Source of the DNA: Balanoglossus misakiensis
Lineage: Eukaryota > Animalia > Hemichordata
Direction of reading: 5' to 3'
Length of the DNA stretch: 64,000 nucleotides
Assembly (NCBI GenBank): GCA_040954595.2
Contig: CM082589.2
Span: 6,507,186 to 6,571,185, forward strand
The position numbers and the translations under genes are program-made. Position 1 is the stretch's first letter; each line of letters opens with the position of its first letter. The notes beneath the pieces were generated by a model, which was not told where the DNA came from, did no database searches, and was given only the letters and a program-made list of their open reading frames with translations. This document shows, one piece after another, positions 37,201 to 51,100 of this stretch.

Positions 37201-40200
37201 TTGAGTCGCTGAGTTCGTCGCCTAGCCGTATATTCCCACATCCAGCGTTTGTATACACAGCAAGGTACCACCCGGCAAATGAGAACATCATTGTGACTGG
37301 TGGGTACGACCACGTTGTCCGAGTCTGGACCAAACAAAGTGAACAGCTCCATGGAGAGGTAAGTTTATAGTCCCTTGCACTCTTTAAGTACACAGTATTT
37401 CCGATGCCTTCCCTGAAAATAATGACTTCCCAGTCATTTTTATACCGTGTATGTATTTTCGTGTGTGTTAGTATATCTGTGTGTATATCTGTCTCAATTT
37501 TAAGCAGTGTATGCATAATTTGGTAGGGACTGTAGCAGTTATCTAAACCACCATTGTAAAGTGTTCAGTGAATTTAACAGACCAGAAATGCCTCTTTAGA
37601 ATCACAGACAAACAAAGTAAACCATCACTGTTTAGTTACTTGCCTATCTAGGCCACAGTGAATTGCTTCAAGCTGACATACATGCATGCATGTACACATT
37701 AAATACTTGAAAAGAAATTTCTCAGTTCAAGGATCAGGTGTTCTAAAGAACATGTATTAGATGGCTGTAATGAGAGAACAGAATCACATCTGTTTGCCTC
37801 AGGGAATAACTAGTTTAACCGTGGTCATTTACCATCTAGAAAAATTACCCACCTGCCAGACACATTGTGACCTGTTAGTATAGGTCTATGGTGGATTTGC
37901 TAAGATACTGTAAAACACTTTATTTTCGCGAGTTAAATTTTACACGATATCGAGAGAGGCCACTGTTTAGCGAGTATTAATTTTCGCGTTCTCTTATCTC
38001 TTATTTCATTCACTGCATCGTTATCTCCAAAAATAATTATGCGACTTTTTATTTTCATGCTATTTTGGCTCTCGCGTATTTGGCGAAAATTTATTGCTCT
38101 CGAAAATAAAGTGTTTTACAGTATCTCCTAGGATTATTCTGGGCTGGCTGTAGCCTCATGCATCATGTTTTTATCTGTTCCACACAGCTACTCCATGAGC
38201 TTGAAGGTCACAAGGGCTTCATCAACTGTCTGTGTTTCAGTCTGGACGGAGATAAAATGTACACTGCAGACAGCATTGGAACCATCATCATATGGAACTC
38301 GGAGGTTGGCAGCAAACCAAAGGCAAAGGGTGAGATATTAGAATATTAATTGATCAGCACACCTGGCAATTGTCCAAACAGTTAGGCTATCCAAAGTAGA
38401 GCAATCAACTGGAGTTGACACATGGAAGAAAAAAAACTCCAAAGTTAGAGTGATTGGGGCTTTGAAGTTAAAGACACTGGGACATCGGTCAGTTGCAGAT
38501 TTTTAATTGATATCAATGAAAAATAAAAACTGCATAAAAAGAAAAAATATCAAAGTTACAAGAAAGCAGGAAACTACAGCCCCAGATGTTAAAGATTGGT
38601 TAACTTCCAAAATTCTCTTAATAATAACAGCTCATATTTTTTGAAATCACTCTGAGGCCCTGCATTATGTAAAATAAATAAACTGAAACTGAAATATTCT
38701 TCAAAGGTTTGAAAGGTGCCTGGAAGATAGAGAAGATCATTGCAGAGAGAGAAATGGAAGGAGTGATTATCAACAACATCAAACTTCATCCAAGTGGGAG
38801 AAGACTTCTGGTGCACGGAAGAGACAACAACATCCGGATGCTAGATCTGAGAATGTAAGGAATTCTCTTTGATCTCCTCGTTTCACTGCAGACAGTGGAA
38901 TCGTACAGATGAATGACAGATTCGACAATCTTGTAGTGTGTTAAAGTACATGTATCCATGACACTCTGTACATCAATGAATGCTAATGTATCTTGCATCC
39001 TGTGATGCTCAGCCAAATTAGAGGTGATTGTATTCTGTTAAATGTCAAATTTTGACTGACTGAAGAATTTTCTAAGTTAATGCCAGCAGATTATGGTGAA
39101 AGGAACTCAAACATGTAGTTTCATGGAAAATCTATGAATGAAAAAAATTATTAGTATTCAAGTCTCAAATAGTGAAATTAAAAATCAATGTGTTTCACAG
39201 TATCTGATGCTGGTGCTTGTTGGTTATGTCATTGAAAATGAATATCTCTCCAGCTACCTCCTCTTCATCAAGTAGAAGCAATTCATTACGAATTTGACAT
39301 GAGAAATCTATAATCCTTAGTGTTTGTCGTTCCCTCCAGTGTGTATAGACAGTGTGGCACCATGCAAATGGGAATTCCTATCGATACATCTCTCTGTCGC
39401 AGCCTCCAGTCAAATCTGATAGAGCACTGAAAAGTGATTCTCTGTGAATCCCAAGCACGTCTTTCCTGAAAGCAATCAGTCGAGTCACTGTGTGTTCGTT
39501 TCATATTCTCTCGCGTGGTTGACTGTTGACCTTTGATTTCATGAACGTCATGTCAGCTCATTACCCGGAGGTTTTGTTCATTGATGTGTTTTTGCGAGTC
39601 AACTGTGCGTCATACCAAATGAATGAAAAAAAAGAATCACCACTATTTTCATTTTAATGCATGTACTTACACTGGACTCTTCTGAATTTAGATTCACCAT
39701 TATGCAGAGATACCAAGGAGTACTGAATGTCAAAGAACAGATCCGCAGTACTATGTCGGCGTGCGGCACGTTCGTCATCTCTGGCAGCGAGGACCGGGAG
39801 GCTATAGTTTGGAACACAGACACTGGTATGTGCAATAGCATTGTTCACAAAATACTGTGAAACACTTTATTTTCGCGAGTCAAAATTTTCGTGATATCGA
39901 GAGAGGCCACTGTTTCGCGAGTATTAATTTTCGCGTTCTCTTATTTCATTCAATGCATCGTTATCTTCAAAAACAATTTACGCGACTTTTTATTTTCACG
40001 CTATTTTCGCTCTCGTGTATTTAGCGAAAAATTAATTGCTCGTGAAAATAAAGTGTATTACAGTATGCCCACGTACGGAAAGTGTAGTCACAAAAAAATC
40101 GACATGTTACAGTCAAACCAAGATTTGAAGATTTATATAAGAAATTGCTGAAAATGCGCTTTTTTTCTGTTTCAGGTGACCGAGTTGCTACCTACTCAGA

Positions 40201-43200
40201 CTTTGGATACAAACATCCGGTTTCTGATGTAGAATACCATCCCCACGATCACATCATCGCATTCTGTTCATTCGGGGAAAATCACCTTGTACGTGTTTAC
40301 ACCTATGATGCAAAAGGTAACGTCATGGATCTCTCATCAAAATGAATACAACTGTTTTCCAGTGAATTGTTTTTTTTAAGGGCAATACCAGGTCCCCCCA
40401 GTCATTTTACAAGGGTTTCCCTGGGTATATCACTGCAGTCATAGTAGTACATGTAGATACTAAAAGTGTTACTGGGGTTCCAAGATCATTTACTGTTGAG
40501 TGTTTTTGTTAAGGGCGGTACCTAGGTAAAATCTACCGGAGTTCCCCAGTCATTTTACCGGGGTTCCCCTGGGTGTATCAATGTAGTTATATTAGGGGGT
40601 TGTAGAAATGTTACCGGGGTTCCCAAATCCATTACCAATGTTCCCCAACCTTAGCAAAAACACCTCCCCAACTTTAGCCCCCCCCCCCAAACACCTCTGC
40701 AGCATATCTGTCAGATTGTCTCCAGAAGGAAATAGTCAACATTACATGTACAACAGAGAATCTGAGGTTTTTGTCGTCCTTCAGAGCTAAACTCCACCCT
40801 TTCTTTCCGGTTTCTTTCCCCTTTTTGCGTAGTTGCCCAAATCGAACTCGGAATAAGGCGGCAGGTGAAAGAGGCCAACGCCGACACAGACGAGAAAGAC
40901 GCCACGCTGGGAAGCACCAGAAAGTCCGATCTGCAGACGATGCTGGCGACCAAAGAACGTGCGTCGGAAGCGCTGTCTCTACAGCAGGCCAGGAGAATGG
41001 ACTCGGTGTCGAAGAAACTGGCTTCAGTCAGTGTAAGTCTGATTAAAGTCGATATTCAGGTTGGCTGATAACAGTTGTCACTGTCCTGTCTCGTTCTTTC
41101 CTGTGGAAAGGGGAATGACTGTGGTGTGGATGGAATGTAACCCCGACTTTGAAGACTATTTACTGTGTGACTGCTTCCATTTGTGTCTTATGCCTAATTG
41201 ATGTATGGCAGGTACCGCATGTGGGGCAGGGTACGCTTACTATTTTCGAAACACCTGATATCACTTCCTGGTCTTTTGTTGCCGGAAATCCATATACATG
41301 TTTCTCTCTTTCCAGAAGTTTGCCTTTGTTCTGTGTGTTATGTTATTGCTTGTCTGTGCTGTTTTGTGACTGTCTGTCTGCATCTTTGACCTATGAACTT
41401 TAAAATATTATTTTACACACATTTCACACACATTTCAGAGTTATTGCTTTAAATTACAGGCGTTCAGCAGCTTACTGGATGATGTACGGAGTAGGCGGTC
41501 CCAGGTTGCTACTAGATTTATTTTTTAAAGTCATATATATTCTCCCTTCCAGCCTTGCTAAGCAGCATCTTTGTAGCCCTAAATGCAATACGCTGTGGTC
41601 AAAATGTTCATTTACCTCCAAAGTCAGGAAAGCTGTCAATATACCAATATACCATGAACATTGTTTTTATCAAAGACATTGTCACAGTTTCAAATAGAAG
41701 CAAAATGGCTCAGCTAAATTCTGTACACATTTTAAAATAAGAATAGTCTGGATATGATTGTACAAGATTATACAAAAATAATACAAGAAAAGAGCGGTCT
41801 CTGGGTGGCTTTGACAGCTTTTCTGATAATGGTTGTAACATCACAGCAGACCACTGTAATAATCATCTGTATGCAATTCTGTGTGTGGTAGCGGTGGCCG
41901 AGTTCACACATATTGACTAGCCATGAGGGTAACAGTATACGACTGTTTACCCGAGGGAATGTAAGTCAATCTTACACAGTCTGTTTTCTGAGAGTGAGGG
42001 AACAGACCATTTGGGGGGGGGGTGGCTCATATGCCGGAGGAGGGGATAGACATCCTCCAGGCTGTTACTTGAATATGGCCAGTCAATATGTGTTTCGTAA
42101 CACACCTCATGGAACCTATCATCACTACAATGTACATAGGTTCTGCATGTGCAAATATGCACAGATAAATGCTGGGTAACAATTTGAAAAACATTCAAAA
42201 GATACACTCACACAGCACAAAACTAAAGCATCCCCATGTGACAGTGTTTTGACCAATCACAGCACGGCGAACAGACGAGGTGTGTTACGAAGACCCGGCC
42301 CCCCATAGCATGGCGTGGTAGAGATCAGAACCTTGAGCAAATAGCAGAGGGACTAATTCCGACTGTAGTTGTGTAGATTATGATTTGACTTCGGAGTGAC
42401 TGGATGTATTTATGATGCAGAGTACTAACCACTCTTTCAGCAAAGTAATTTTTCTCTTTTTGTAGTATAAGTTTCAAAACTTCTCTCCCACTCAACTAAA
42501 ACAGAATATCATCTCACATACATTGTAGGACATAAAATACCATACACGGTAACACTATGCATTCAAACATGGTGCATTAATTAATCTACAGTAAGGTCTC
42601 CTACTCATACATATAGTATCACCAACCAAGCAAATACATGTTATGTTCACCCCTAAATTGACATTGGTTTAGTCCACCTGACTGTAGTATTAACCTGCAG
42701 GGGCTTCACTGGTCCATCGTATTTTGGGAAGGGGGTGTAAAGGCTGATATTGTTACCACCAGTATTTTTAATATGGTTTGCACTGGTGCAAACAAGTTTG
42801 GCTATATGTTGAAAATAGAGAATTACCGAAAAATGGGGAAAAATTACCTGAAAAAAAAAACATGGTAAATTTTCCAAATACTGGAGTTATTACTACTTGT
42901 ATGCTAAAACTGTTTTGCATCAGAAACCACATCAGAAACCATACTCCTACAGAAGCAAGTGACAGATCTCTGTGATATTGTAACAAGATGGGTCCCCAAC
43001 AAACAAATCTTTCCATAGACTGCATTCTGCCTTAATTACTCTCAAATTCTGAAAGCGATTAACAAATATCTTCCTAATAACCAGTAGACTGATTTAAAAG
43101 TATGAGAATTTGTTCAAAATACATTGTATGGTTGTAATCTTTCTTGTCTTTGTACCCTACAGATGACTGGTACAACTGGTGCTTTGGGGGAAAGCTACCT

Positions 43201-46200
43201 GCAACACAGTACTATCATGACGGCAGCCGACGTCACCATGAACAGTACGTGGGGTTCAACGTTTGATCGCACCTGGCAGACGCCCACCACGGTAAGTGTT
43301 GCATTGAAACAGCGAAATAACATGACAGTAGGCCACCATGGTTGCAAAATACTAGTATACTGGATTTGTATTATTGCATATACATGTACGGTAGTTTATG
43401 CCATGTTTATTCTCAAGCTAGACGTGTTCTGGCTAAAACTGCCAGTTTCAAACTGTCGAAACACAATTGGTGTCTGGGTAAGTTGATTCGTAGCTCTACG
43501 CAATTCGTAAAATCTCTGAATCAGGAGATACATGTACGAACTGCCCCATAAAAGGTGTACATGTATGTACCAGTCCCATATAAAGGGAGTATGTGACTTG
43601 ATCTTTCTCTTCTTACTGAATTATATCCCAGGACCAAAGCAAGCCACCTAAACCAGAGTCCAAGTTGAAGGTATTACCCTGGGTTATTACTAACCGTGGC
43701 ACAACAAATTTCATGTGTGGTTAAATCAAGTGCCATTTATACAAAAACCACCGTCTCCACCCATCATTCTGCAACACCCAGTGTAATAAAACCAAGATGC
43801 GTGTTCCATAGCATACTGTTGTTCACACAAATCCCTGTTCACCCCCACCCCACTATCATTGCATTTGGATTGTATTCTCAACAGTAATATAAAGGGCCAT
43901 GCATATTTTATTTGGTAGTGATAAAACGGGGGTGGCACTTTGTTGTCATTATCATGATCGATGAAGCATGTTTATAAGTAGGGGGAGTGGGGACCATTTT
44001 TGGTGTATTTGGAGGTGTAGGGTGCCCCCGGACGTGATGCTCATTAGATTAGAACCAGAAAGGGCACATCTAATGGTTCCCCTGTCCTCAGTGGCAGTGC
44101 CCTTTTTATATGTGACCACCCAATGGAACATACAGATGCAAGTGGAGTTGCAGCACAGAATAGAGTTGGAAATAGGACTGCATGCTGTACTTTGGGAGAT
44201 GTCAAACATAAATACTGGTGTCTACACTCTCACAAAGACAAGACATCAGGTGTTCACGGGCTTCTGCATTTAATTTTGCTGCACATCTGCTCAGCCTTTA
44301 TCCTCACATTATGCTATTCCACAAAGCACCTGGTCCAAGACATCACACCATCATCAGTCCATCCACCATTTTGGCTGCACCCAGGGAATTGTAAAGCCGG
44401 CATTTGGGGTATTTGTTGGGTGCCATTATGCTTGCAACTGACGAAAATCTGTTTAACCTGCATCTGTCCAAATGCTTGGTGTGTCATATAATTGAACACT
44501 GCCATTCCACAAGAAAAATTTTGACAATGGACCACTTTTATGACTTCACATTCTGGTATTCTCATTGCTGTACACTCTTTCGACGTTCAGGTTTTTATTC
44601 TTGATATCAACGAAACTTGTTCTTAGACAAGATAAAGTATTCAGTCAGGATACAAATCTCATGGTTGCAAGACTTTTGTGGTTTGATATTAAACTCACAG
44701 ACATATATACCAATGAAAATTCCAGGATGTAAAGTTCATACAAGGGTCATGTCAATGGCTTGCATGCAATATGTTTGGTGATGGCGTACGCTATAGCTGC
44801 CAGCGGTGACTCAGTTCATGTATGCAGACCTTTCTTTATTTTCTAGATTTTGGATGCTATTATCCGGAAAAAACGTGTGGTAATATTCTGCCTTCAGTTT
44901 ACGTTTACCGCATGCAAGATATTTTCTTTGCTCAATAATCCATTTCTAATGCTTTGCTCTCTTTTGTTTTTTCGTGTGTGTGTGTATTCCTGTTTGTTTC
45001 CTGTGCTTGTCAATTTCTCATTTGCATTTAAACGTGACGCTGCTCATTTCACTGCTCACCACGGCCTGCATTGACCATGATGATTTCTGTGACACTCGCT
45101 ATGCCGTCGTGTTTCTGGGATTTTAAACAGAATTACCTCCTACAAATGCCGACTCCCAGTAAACCAATGCAGGTACCAAAGCTGCTGTTTCACTTCAGCA
45201 TTGTCTTGTTTATAGTCTGCGTTCACATCATTCTAAATACAAAGCCCCATGTGTGATGTAGAATCAATATGGTACATGTACATGTAGTAAATGCCAAATG
45301 CTTCATGCTGTACTCTTCACTGAAATTTGATGAATTGTAAATTGAGCCATGTGGACTTATCAAGTTGTCAGACTGTAAATCCTTGCGTTAAGTAACGTTA
45401 AGCCCGCTCCAATAATGCGACAAGAGTGTTTGTTGCTTTAACATAAGAGGGGCTTTTTTCCACTTGTGCCACAAGATACATAGTAGACGCGAAAACCGTT
45501 ACAAGTGGCCCTGAGCAAATTAGGAATCAGGATGGGAGGGTCTTATTCTTGTGATCCACAGTTTTGTAAATCTAGCTGAAAAGATATGTACCACCACAAA
45601 GTAACCTATGATGCATTCTAATATGGTGGCATTGTGATATACAGGAAGTGAATGAACCCCCTAACCATGCTTAATTTTTCTTTCTGATTTACCAGGGACC
45701 CAGACCGGCATTCATGGCACCGTCATTGAGTATGGGCCCTGCCCACCTCGAGCAGCAGTACCAAACAGGTATGGAACAGGGTAGCCATGAGGATGCTGGG
45801 TAGTAGACTAGTGACCTACATGTAGCTGTGGTATATCTGAGTTTTGATTATCTGCCCAATTGGACATGAGCTAAATACATTATCTCATTACTTTTGTGTG
45901 GCAAGGGGATTTCATTACTGTTTTCAACAAACTTTATTTTTTTTCATTTCAGCAACTGCTTGGAGAAAAGGGCCTAACATTTCTCTTGGTACTGTAAGTA
46001 TTCCCTGTCTAGTCAAAGGCCCATATTTCTTTACATCCATGGACATTTCAATAGAACTAAAGTTAATTTTGTCTGTGTACAGAACTGTTGATCTGCATCT
46101 TACAAGATGTTTCAACTGATATGATGGAACAGTTGGATTGTTTGTCAAACTCTATGAAGCAGATGTTAGCATACGTTACACACAGCCTTATAATTTGGCA

Positions 46201-48146
46201 CACATGTAAACCTAGCTGTGGTACGCAGCTGTCAGCCTCCCCACCCCCACCCCCCAAACGGTACAGCTGCGTACCACAGCAAATGTAAACCATGCATCTT
46301 AATCACTTCGGTTTACATACAGGGACCGGGCGGTAAGGCACAGTTCACGTACAGCGGACTTCCACAGCCGCTGAAGGACATCAAGTACCGGCGGGTGGTC
46401 GCCATGTACGACTACTTCGCCCAGCGATCGGACGAGCTGAACATCAAGAGGCATGATGTCATCACGGTGCTGCACCAGGACAGTGACACCTGGTGGATGG
46501 GAGAGTTGTCCAATGGACAGCAGGGTTACTTTCCGTCGAACTACGTCACACCCGAAGGTGAGAGGGGGGTGCATGTCTGTTTTGAAAGATCTTCAAGGAA
46601 AATATTTTGTTGGTGGAGGGAGGAGTATTAGAGGGTTTGAACATTGGGCCCATTTGATTCAGTCCTGCTGTACATAATTCCATAACACTCCTGTTATTGC
46701 AGATTACACAATTGTTGTATCTGTTATCTCAAATAAATATGTTTCTCAAAATTCTCAGCTCTATATATGTTTACATGATTACTGAACTACAGAAAGACCT
46801 GTGTGTGTATGTATGTGTTAGTGTGTGTGTGTGTAAGATATGAGTATGTGTGTTACCCTGTATGTATCTATGTACCCTTATGTGTGTGTGTGTATGTATG
46901 TATGTATGTTGTATGTGTGTATGTATGTATGTATATGTGTATGTATGTATGTATGTATGTATGTATGTATGTATGTATGTATGTGTGTATGTATGTATGT
47001 ATGTAAGTATGTATGCATGCATGAATGCATGCATGTATGTATGAATATATGTGCAAATGTATGACTGCACATATTATATACTAATGTCCGTATCACATCT
47101 CCATCAACAGAAGAGATAGAGAGAGATAGAACAGATGGTGACACTCAGGACGAGATAGAACAGGTCATCGAGAGACCATCCCTTGCAGTACTACCTCCGT
47201 CAGAAAGTGACGACCTCTTGGATGACGCGGCCAGGCCGAAGAAGAGAACCAAGGCGAGGACCAAGACTCAGGTATAGTCAACTTTCTCACTTTGGTCAAC
47301 TTTATCTCTTGGGCCAGTCTCTCATTGAAAACAATTGTGTCAGTCCAGAGTATGGGCGAATGGTCACTAATCAGGGACGGGCCAATTTTTTGGGAAAAGG
47401 TGGAAGATTCAAACTGGCTAATTATTTTATTATTAATTTTTCAGATGTCAGCTGTGGTTTCTAAGAGTGGAGAATTTAAAATCCTGTCAGGAGCTGAGGA
47501 GACAGGAAGTGATATTGACAGACCGACTGCACCGTATGTATTGTCATCGCTGTAGTAACACTCATTCATACCTATGATTGTAATGTACATGTACTTCCTG
47601 AAAAATGAGATATGGAGAAATGTAATGGAATCAGTGTTTTCATATTCATCATATGACATGGTTTGAATAATGTCTGAAATCCTAAGTAATACTGTTATTC
47701 ACAATATCCTGTATAGATGCTGCAATGTTTCCAGCCAAAATTGGCGTGATCAGTAGTTGTTTCAGCAATCCTGGATACTGTGTCTGAAATTTTGCCTGTG
47801 TTCGCATAGTATCTAGAATTATTCAGAAAATACAGTCGTGTACTGACAAGATCTATACATGGCTGTATTTTGTGTGCAACCCTATCATAATACACCCTAA
47901 TAGAATGCATTCTTTCATGGCACTCACAGGACCAGGAGAAAAAAGAAGAAGCAACCAGTCGTATCCGACGCGGCAGAGGCAACCACAGACGGTGAAACTC
48001 CAAGAAAACCAAGAACGAAACCAAAGAGGCGAGGATCGAGAGAAAGTCTTCTCGATGACGACGATGCTCCGCCCGTCACCACGGACACAGAGAAGAAAGG
48101 AGGCAAGCGAAAGACAAAGACTAAACACGTCGAGAGAACGGTCTAG
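25247..48146 (+). CDS. AHI1: Jouberin / Abelson helper integration site 1 (basic N-terminus, C2-like domain, WD40 propeller, SH3)
   Basis: About 30 phase-compatible exons: 25247-25259, 26120-26200, 26459-26528, 26943-26991, 27327-27580, 28004-28221, 28888-29074 ([25 protein letters not shown]), 29457-29552 ([12 protein letters not shown]), 29913-30015, 30263-30457 ([10 protein letters not shown]), 30872-30997 ([11 protein letters not shown]), 35387-35454, 35949-36086, 36465-36519, 36753-36868, 37190-37358 ([13 protein letters not shown]), 38188-38329, 38716(or 38707)-38854, 39692-39825, 40176-40316, 40833-41032, 43163-43291, 43632-43670, 45131-45172, 45696-45768, 45953-45993, 46323-46557 (SH3: [14 protein letters not shown]...WWMG...GYFPSNYV), 47111-47271, 47445-47533, 47930-48146. 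The start exon and the microexons are less certain than the core. Confidence 0.93.
27030..27201. mobile_element. hAT-like MITE carrying four TGACTCA repeats
   Basis: TIR CAGAGTGCCCTCTAA / TTAGAGGGCACACT. TGACTCA at 27063, 27083, 27126 and 27158. Confidence 0.6.
27742..27826. mobile_element. Short piggyBac-like MITE family (TTAA-CCCTTTCACC...GGTGAAAGGG-TTAA); further copies at about 9402-9447, 36125-36217 (inverted), 48281-48366, 55998-56087
   Basis: Shared ~85-bp body CCCTTTCACC.CCATGGT.TGGTCCAA.TCCATTGTTTTCTATGGT...TGGACCT...GG.AACT.GGGGTG.AAGGG, with TTAA at one or both ends. Confidence 0.7.
28430..28590. mobile_element. pogo/Tigger-like MITE (TA TSD, CAGTCAAACCT TIR), copy 1
   Basis: TA|CAGTCAAACCT...AGGTTTGACTG|TA with internal AGAGGTG(G/A)C repeats. 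Confidence 0.8.
28687..28867. mobile_element. pogo/Tigger-like MITE, copy 2
   Basis: TA|CAGTCAAACCT...GGGTTTGACTG|TA. Body homologous to 28430-28590. Ends 20 bp before an AHI1 acceptor. Confidence 0.8.
31395..31408. promoter_or_regulatory. RFX X-box match in AHI1 intron
   Basis: GTAGCCATGGCAAC fits GTHNYYATRRNAAC exactly. Confidence 0.45.
31817..32425. mobile_element. Young Kolobok-type foldback element, 609 bp, with ~200-bp near-perfect TIRs and TTAA TSD
   Basis: TTAA|AGGGGAAATCCGTCGTAGCTGATTTC ... GAAATCAGCTACGACGGATTTCCCCT|TTAA. The arms (about 31817-32040 and 32192-32425) differ by one small indel and a few substitutions. This explains the mirror ORFs 31813-32004(-) and 32211-32429(+). 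Confidence 0.9.
34247..34260. promoter_or_regulatory. Second RFX X-box match in the same AHI1 intron
   Basis: GTTTCCATGGATAC; the reverse complement GTATCCATGGAAAC fits GTHNYYATRRNAAC. Confidence 0.45.
35138..35305. mobile_element. pogo/Tigger-like MITE, related family
   Basis: TA|CAGTAAAACCTGTCTGAAC...TTCAGACAGGTTTACTG|TA. Confidence 0.75.
37908..38121. mobile_element. Tc1/mariner-type MITE (TA TSD), copy 1
   Basis: TA|CTGTAAAACACTTTATTTTCGCGAG...CTCGAAAATAAAGTGTTTTACAG|TA with internal TTTTCGCG repeats. Confidence 0.85.
39855..40063. mobile_element. Tc1/mariner-type MITE, copy 2
   Basis: TA|CTGTGAAACACTTTATTTTCGCGAG...GAAAATAAAGTGTATTACAG|TA. Collinear with 37908-38121. Confidence 0.85.
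40370..40640. repeat. Degenerate tandem repeat (about 135-150-bp unit with ~21-bp subunits)
   Basis: TACC.G..T.CCCCAGTCATTTTAC..GGGTT.CCCTGGGT.TATCA.TG.AGT.ATA at about 40386 and 40534; TGTTAC.GGGGTTCC.A at about 40467 and 40609. Confidence 0.65.
44020..44520 (+). pseudogene. Possible highly decayed PIF/Harbinger DDE transposase remnant in AHI1 intron
   Basis: Fragments in different frames resemble Harbinger-type motifs in the expected order: [12 protein letters not shown] (cf. SIN.Q.VCD), SGVH (cf. PGSVHD), [20 protein letters not shown] (cf. FN..LS..R..IE). Resemblance is weak and judged by eye. Confidence 0.25.
46800..47062. repeat. (TATG)n/(TG)n compound microsatellite
   Basis: Long run of gtatgtatgtat interspersed with gtgtgt. 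Source of the spurious MYVC/HTYI ORFs. Confidence 0.95.
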
Positions 48147-51100
48147 AATCAAATTCTCAAAACAAGAGGCATTCTTTCAGGCACTTGTATCAAACTAACG
48201 CTCAGATTTGACTTTGCTGTGGTCGAGTTAGTACTTAATTTACAATTCTGTATGATGTGCACAATCTTCTGCAGACTTAACCCTTTCACCACTAATGGTT
48301 CAGTCCGAACCCAATGTTTTCTATGGTGAGTTTGGACCTGTATAGAGGAAACTGGGGGTGCAAGGGGCATATCCACAGGAATGCACATCTATGCATTTTT
48401 TGCTTTTGTACAACAGTACTGACTTATGCTTAGAGAGCATTGCCACTCCTGCTGTCTTCCCAAGTCATGATCGTGCATATACATCAGGTTTATTTTTTTC
48501 ATCCAATCGACAGAACACATCACTGTTACTGTAGATAATTACTGCACCTGCAGTCCAACTAGAATGTTTTGTATAGATTGTAAATAAGTTACAGTGTTGA
48601 ATATGTAGAGAGGCTGAACCTCAGTGTTGGGAAATGAGATATCAATTTACATCGGACAATTTGTGTGAGCACATCATTCAAGATTAATTTGCTCCGCTGT
48701 TTTGAAATATTCAGTTTCACTAAACAAGATCAAACATTTCTTGTTAAACTTGTCTGTTGTCACCCATTTATTTTCATGTACAGATACAGAGATTTCAAGT
48801 TGCTAGAGTTAAAGCCCCAGTTTCTGTGTGACACTTAATTTAGTGATTTACCCTTTTCAAACACAGAACATGTACTTACTAGTAATATTCCACCCTGTTT
48901 TTAACGTAAAATTGTCTGGTCCAAGTAGCAAACAATAGGATCATTCTAAGTGTGTTTTGGAATGAGGGATGGCAGGGTACTAACAAAGATGATGAAAATC
49001 ACAAGCAGGTGTTGTAATTTTCAATCAATAATTTATGCCTTCTTCTTGAATAATGGGTGCTAAAATTTATAATCATAAGAATAAGTGAACTGAAATGATG
49101 TGATTGTTTGTATAGTGTAAATTTCAAGTGTATATCATGTATAGCAATGTAAAGTAACCTTGAGTAAAATTTATTTTTATGCCCTGCTGAGACTTATATT
49201 GAAAAAGTAGAGAACGCAAGTTCTTAATGTTAAGTTAAGTTATATACTCAATTTTGCTTTATCAACATTTTCAAACTGACAAATTTAAACTTTTTGTAGT
49301 GTTTGTAGGTTAAACTTAATGCAGCTACTTAGTTTTGTAATAGTTTTAAGAAAACATGATGAAAATGTATGTTACAGTTATTGTCCCTTTAATCACATTT
49401 TCCATTTATTGTTCACAAAGCCTTCCATTTTATAAAATAAATACCTGATTCTTAAGTTTGTGTTAATTGAATTTGCGATTCTGCAGACGAATAATTCAAT
49501 TTTGGGCTATTTGCACATGCAGAGGTCAACGAATATACAATGAGAAATCTGTCTACTTTGCAACTGTGATTTTTTTCACTCTAGTTGCGAAGCATGTATT
49601 TTTAGTTTTCAATAGAAAAATGTTTCAGTTTAATGTTTCTGTTGTATTATAACCACTAAGACTTAGCTTTAATTGTAAACCAGTACATTGTAAATAATAT
49701 TCCATTACCTTGTGGATCAGTTAAATTATAAATATTTATAACTTTTTCAGGAGAGAAAAAAATTGTCATTGTCTAGTTCTTGTTTGTATGCTAGAAATTG
49801 ATGGACACTTTCAGTTTATTTTATTCTTTTTGTTTTGTTTCAAGTTGACTAGAAGTAAACTGTTTCTCCGCATTTACCACTGTGTCAATCCAACCATGGC
49901 ATCTTGTTTTCAATGAAACTCCATCAGTGAAAATTTGTGATTTTGCTGTTGCAGTGGTGTTGGTCGCATATACCATATTAGGACAATCTCTTCCTTGCGT
50001 ATATTGTTACTCAAAACAGACATATGGTAGACTCCAATATGAAGTTTCCATACATTCCTTTTCCATGGCAGTGCTAGAGACAAAGGCTTAATTTTTTTTC
50101 ACGATCTTCAAGTACGGAGACATAACCAAATGCAGTAAACTGAGCTTGTGTACTCTACTGTAGTTTCGTCCTTTGCATTATGAAGTAACTGTAGTCTGAT
50201 CTGGCATGTACTATAATTTCACTTTCCTGTTGGTTAGGTTTTCTGCAACGCTTATACGTCACACATATCTAGATTTTTTTTTGGCGACATTTATCATAGT
50301 TTTGGTCTTTGTCTTTTTATTTGTAAAGATTTTCTCAGTGTCATTCTTTCTGTACCAGTGATTGCAAAAATGATGTAAATCTTGCCAACGATAACAACTC
50401 GATCGAGTACTCTTGATTATTGTATAATGCACTTGTCTACTATATTACCGACCTTACCGCAACGATGCTTTTTTATTTTTATATCAAGAAAATGGGATTT
50501 AAGTCTGTAAATAGTAAATAAACTCAGAAATGAAATCCATAACTTGCCTGCGGAAGTATGTTAACATGGTATCTAAGATGTTCCAGCATGGTTTATATTG
50601 TCCTTGAGCAACTTGAAGGCATTTTAGCCCACACTGTTCGTACTGTTGTTTGCACTAAACTATTTATACTATCACAGCAACAAGAACCAAGTGGAAACAA
50701 CACTGGGTTTTGATGATATGCTGCGTATTATGCCATGTAATGGATACCAGAAAGTAATGATATACAATGTACACCAAAGATTGGAAAAAAATGTTCTTTT
50801 TAATCTAAATCAAATATTTGTATAGTCACAATGTATTTAAGTTGGATACGAACATAAAATGACAAACAGTGCCATGATGTACCTGTTATGAGACAATTAT
50901 ATCGGCATGTATTTGGAACAAAAATACAACATTGATTGGTTGCAGGATGTGTATTTCTTTTCCAGGTCTTGACTGATAAATATCTCTCGAGATAATTTCA
51001 GAAAATAATATGCATGGTCTCCAAAGAAAGGAAGGAACTTTTGGGTCATTTTACCCTGAAACAAGCATTATTAATAACGAGTTTCTATTGTGTAGCCCAA

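Noticed and set aside
42252-42380. Possible alternative terminal AHI1 exon after CCAATCACAG
   Set aside because: Weak polypyrimidine tract and no recognisable peptide; cannot be supported without transcripts.
46771-47144. Repetitive MYVC/HTYI ORFs
   Set aside because: Translations of the (TATG)n microsatellite.
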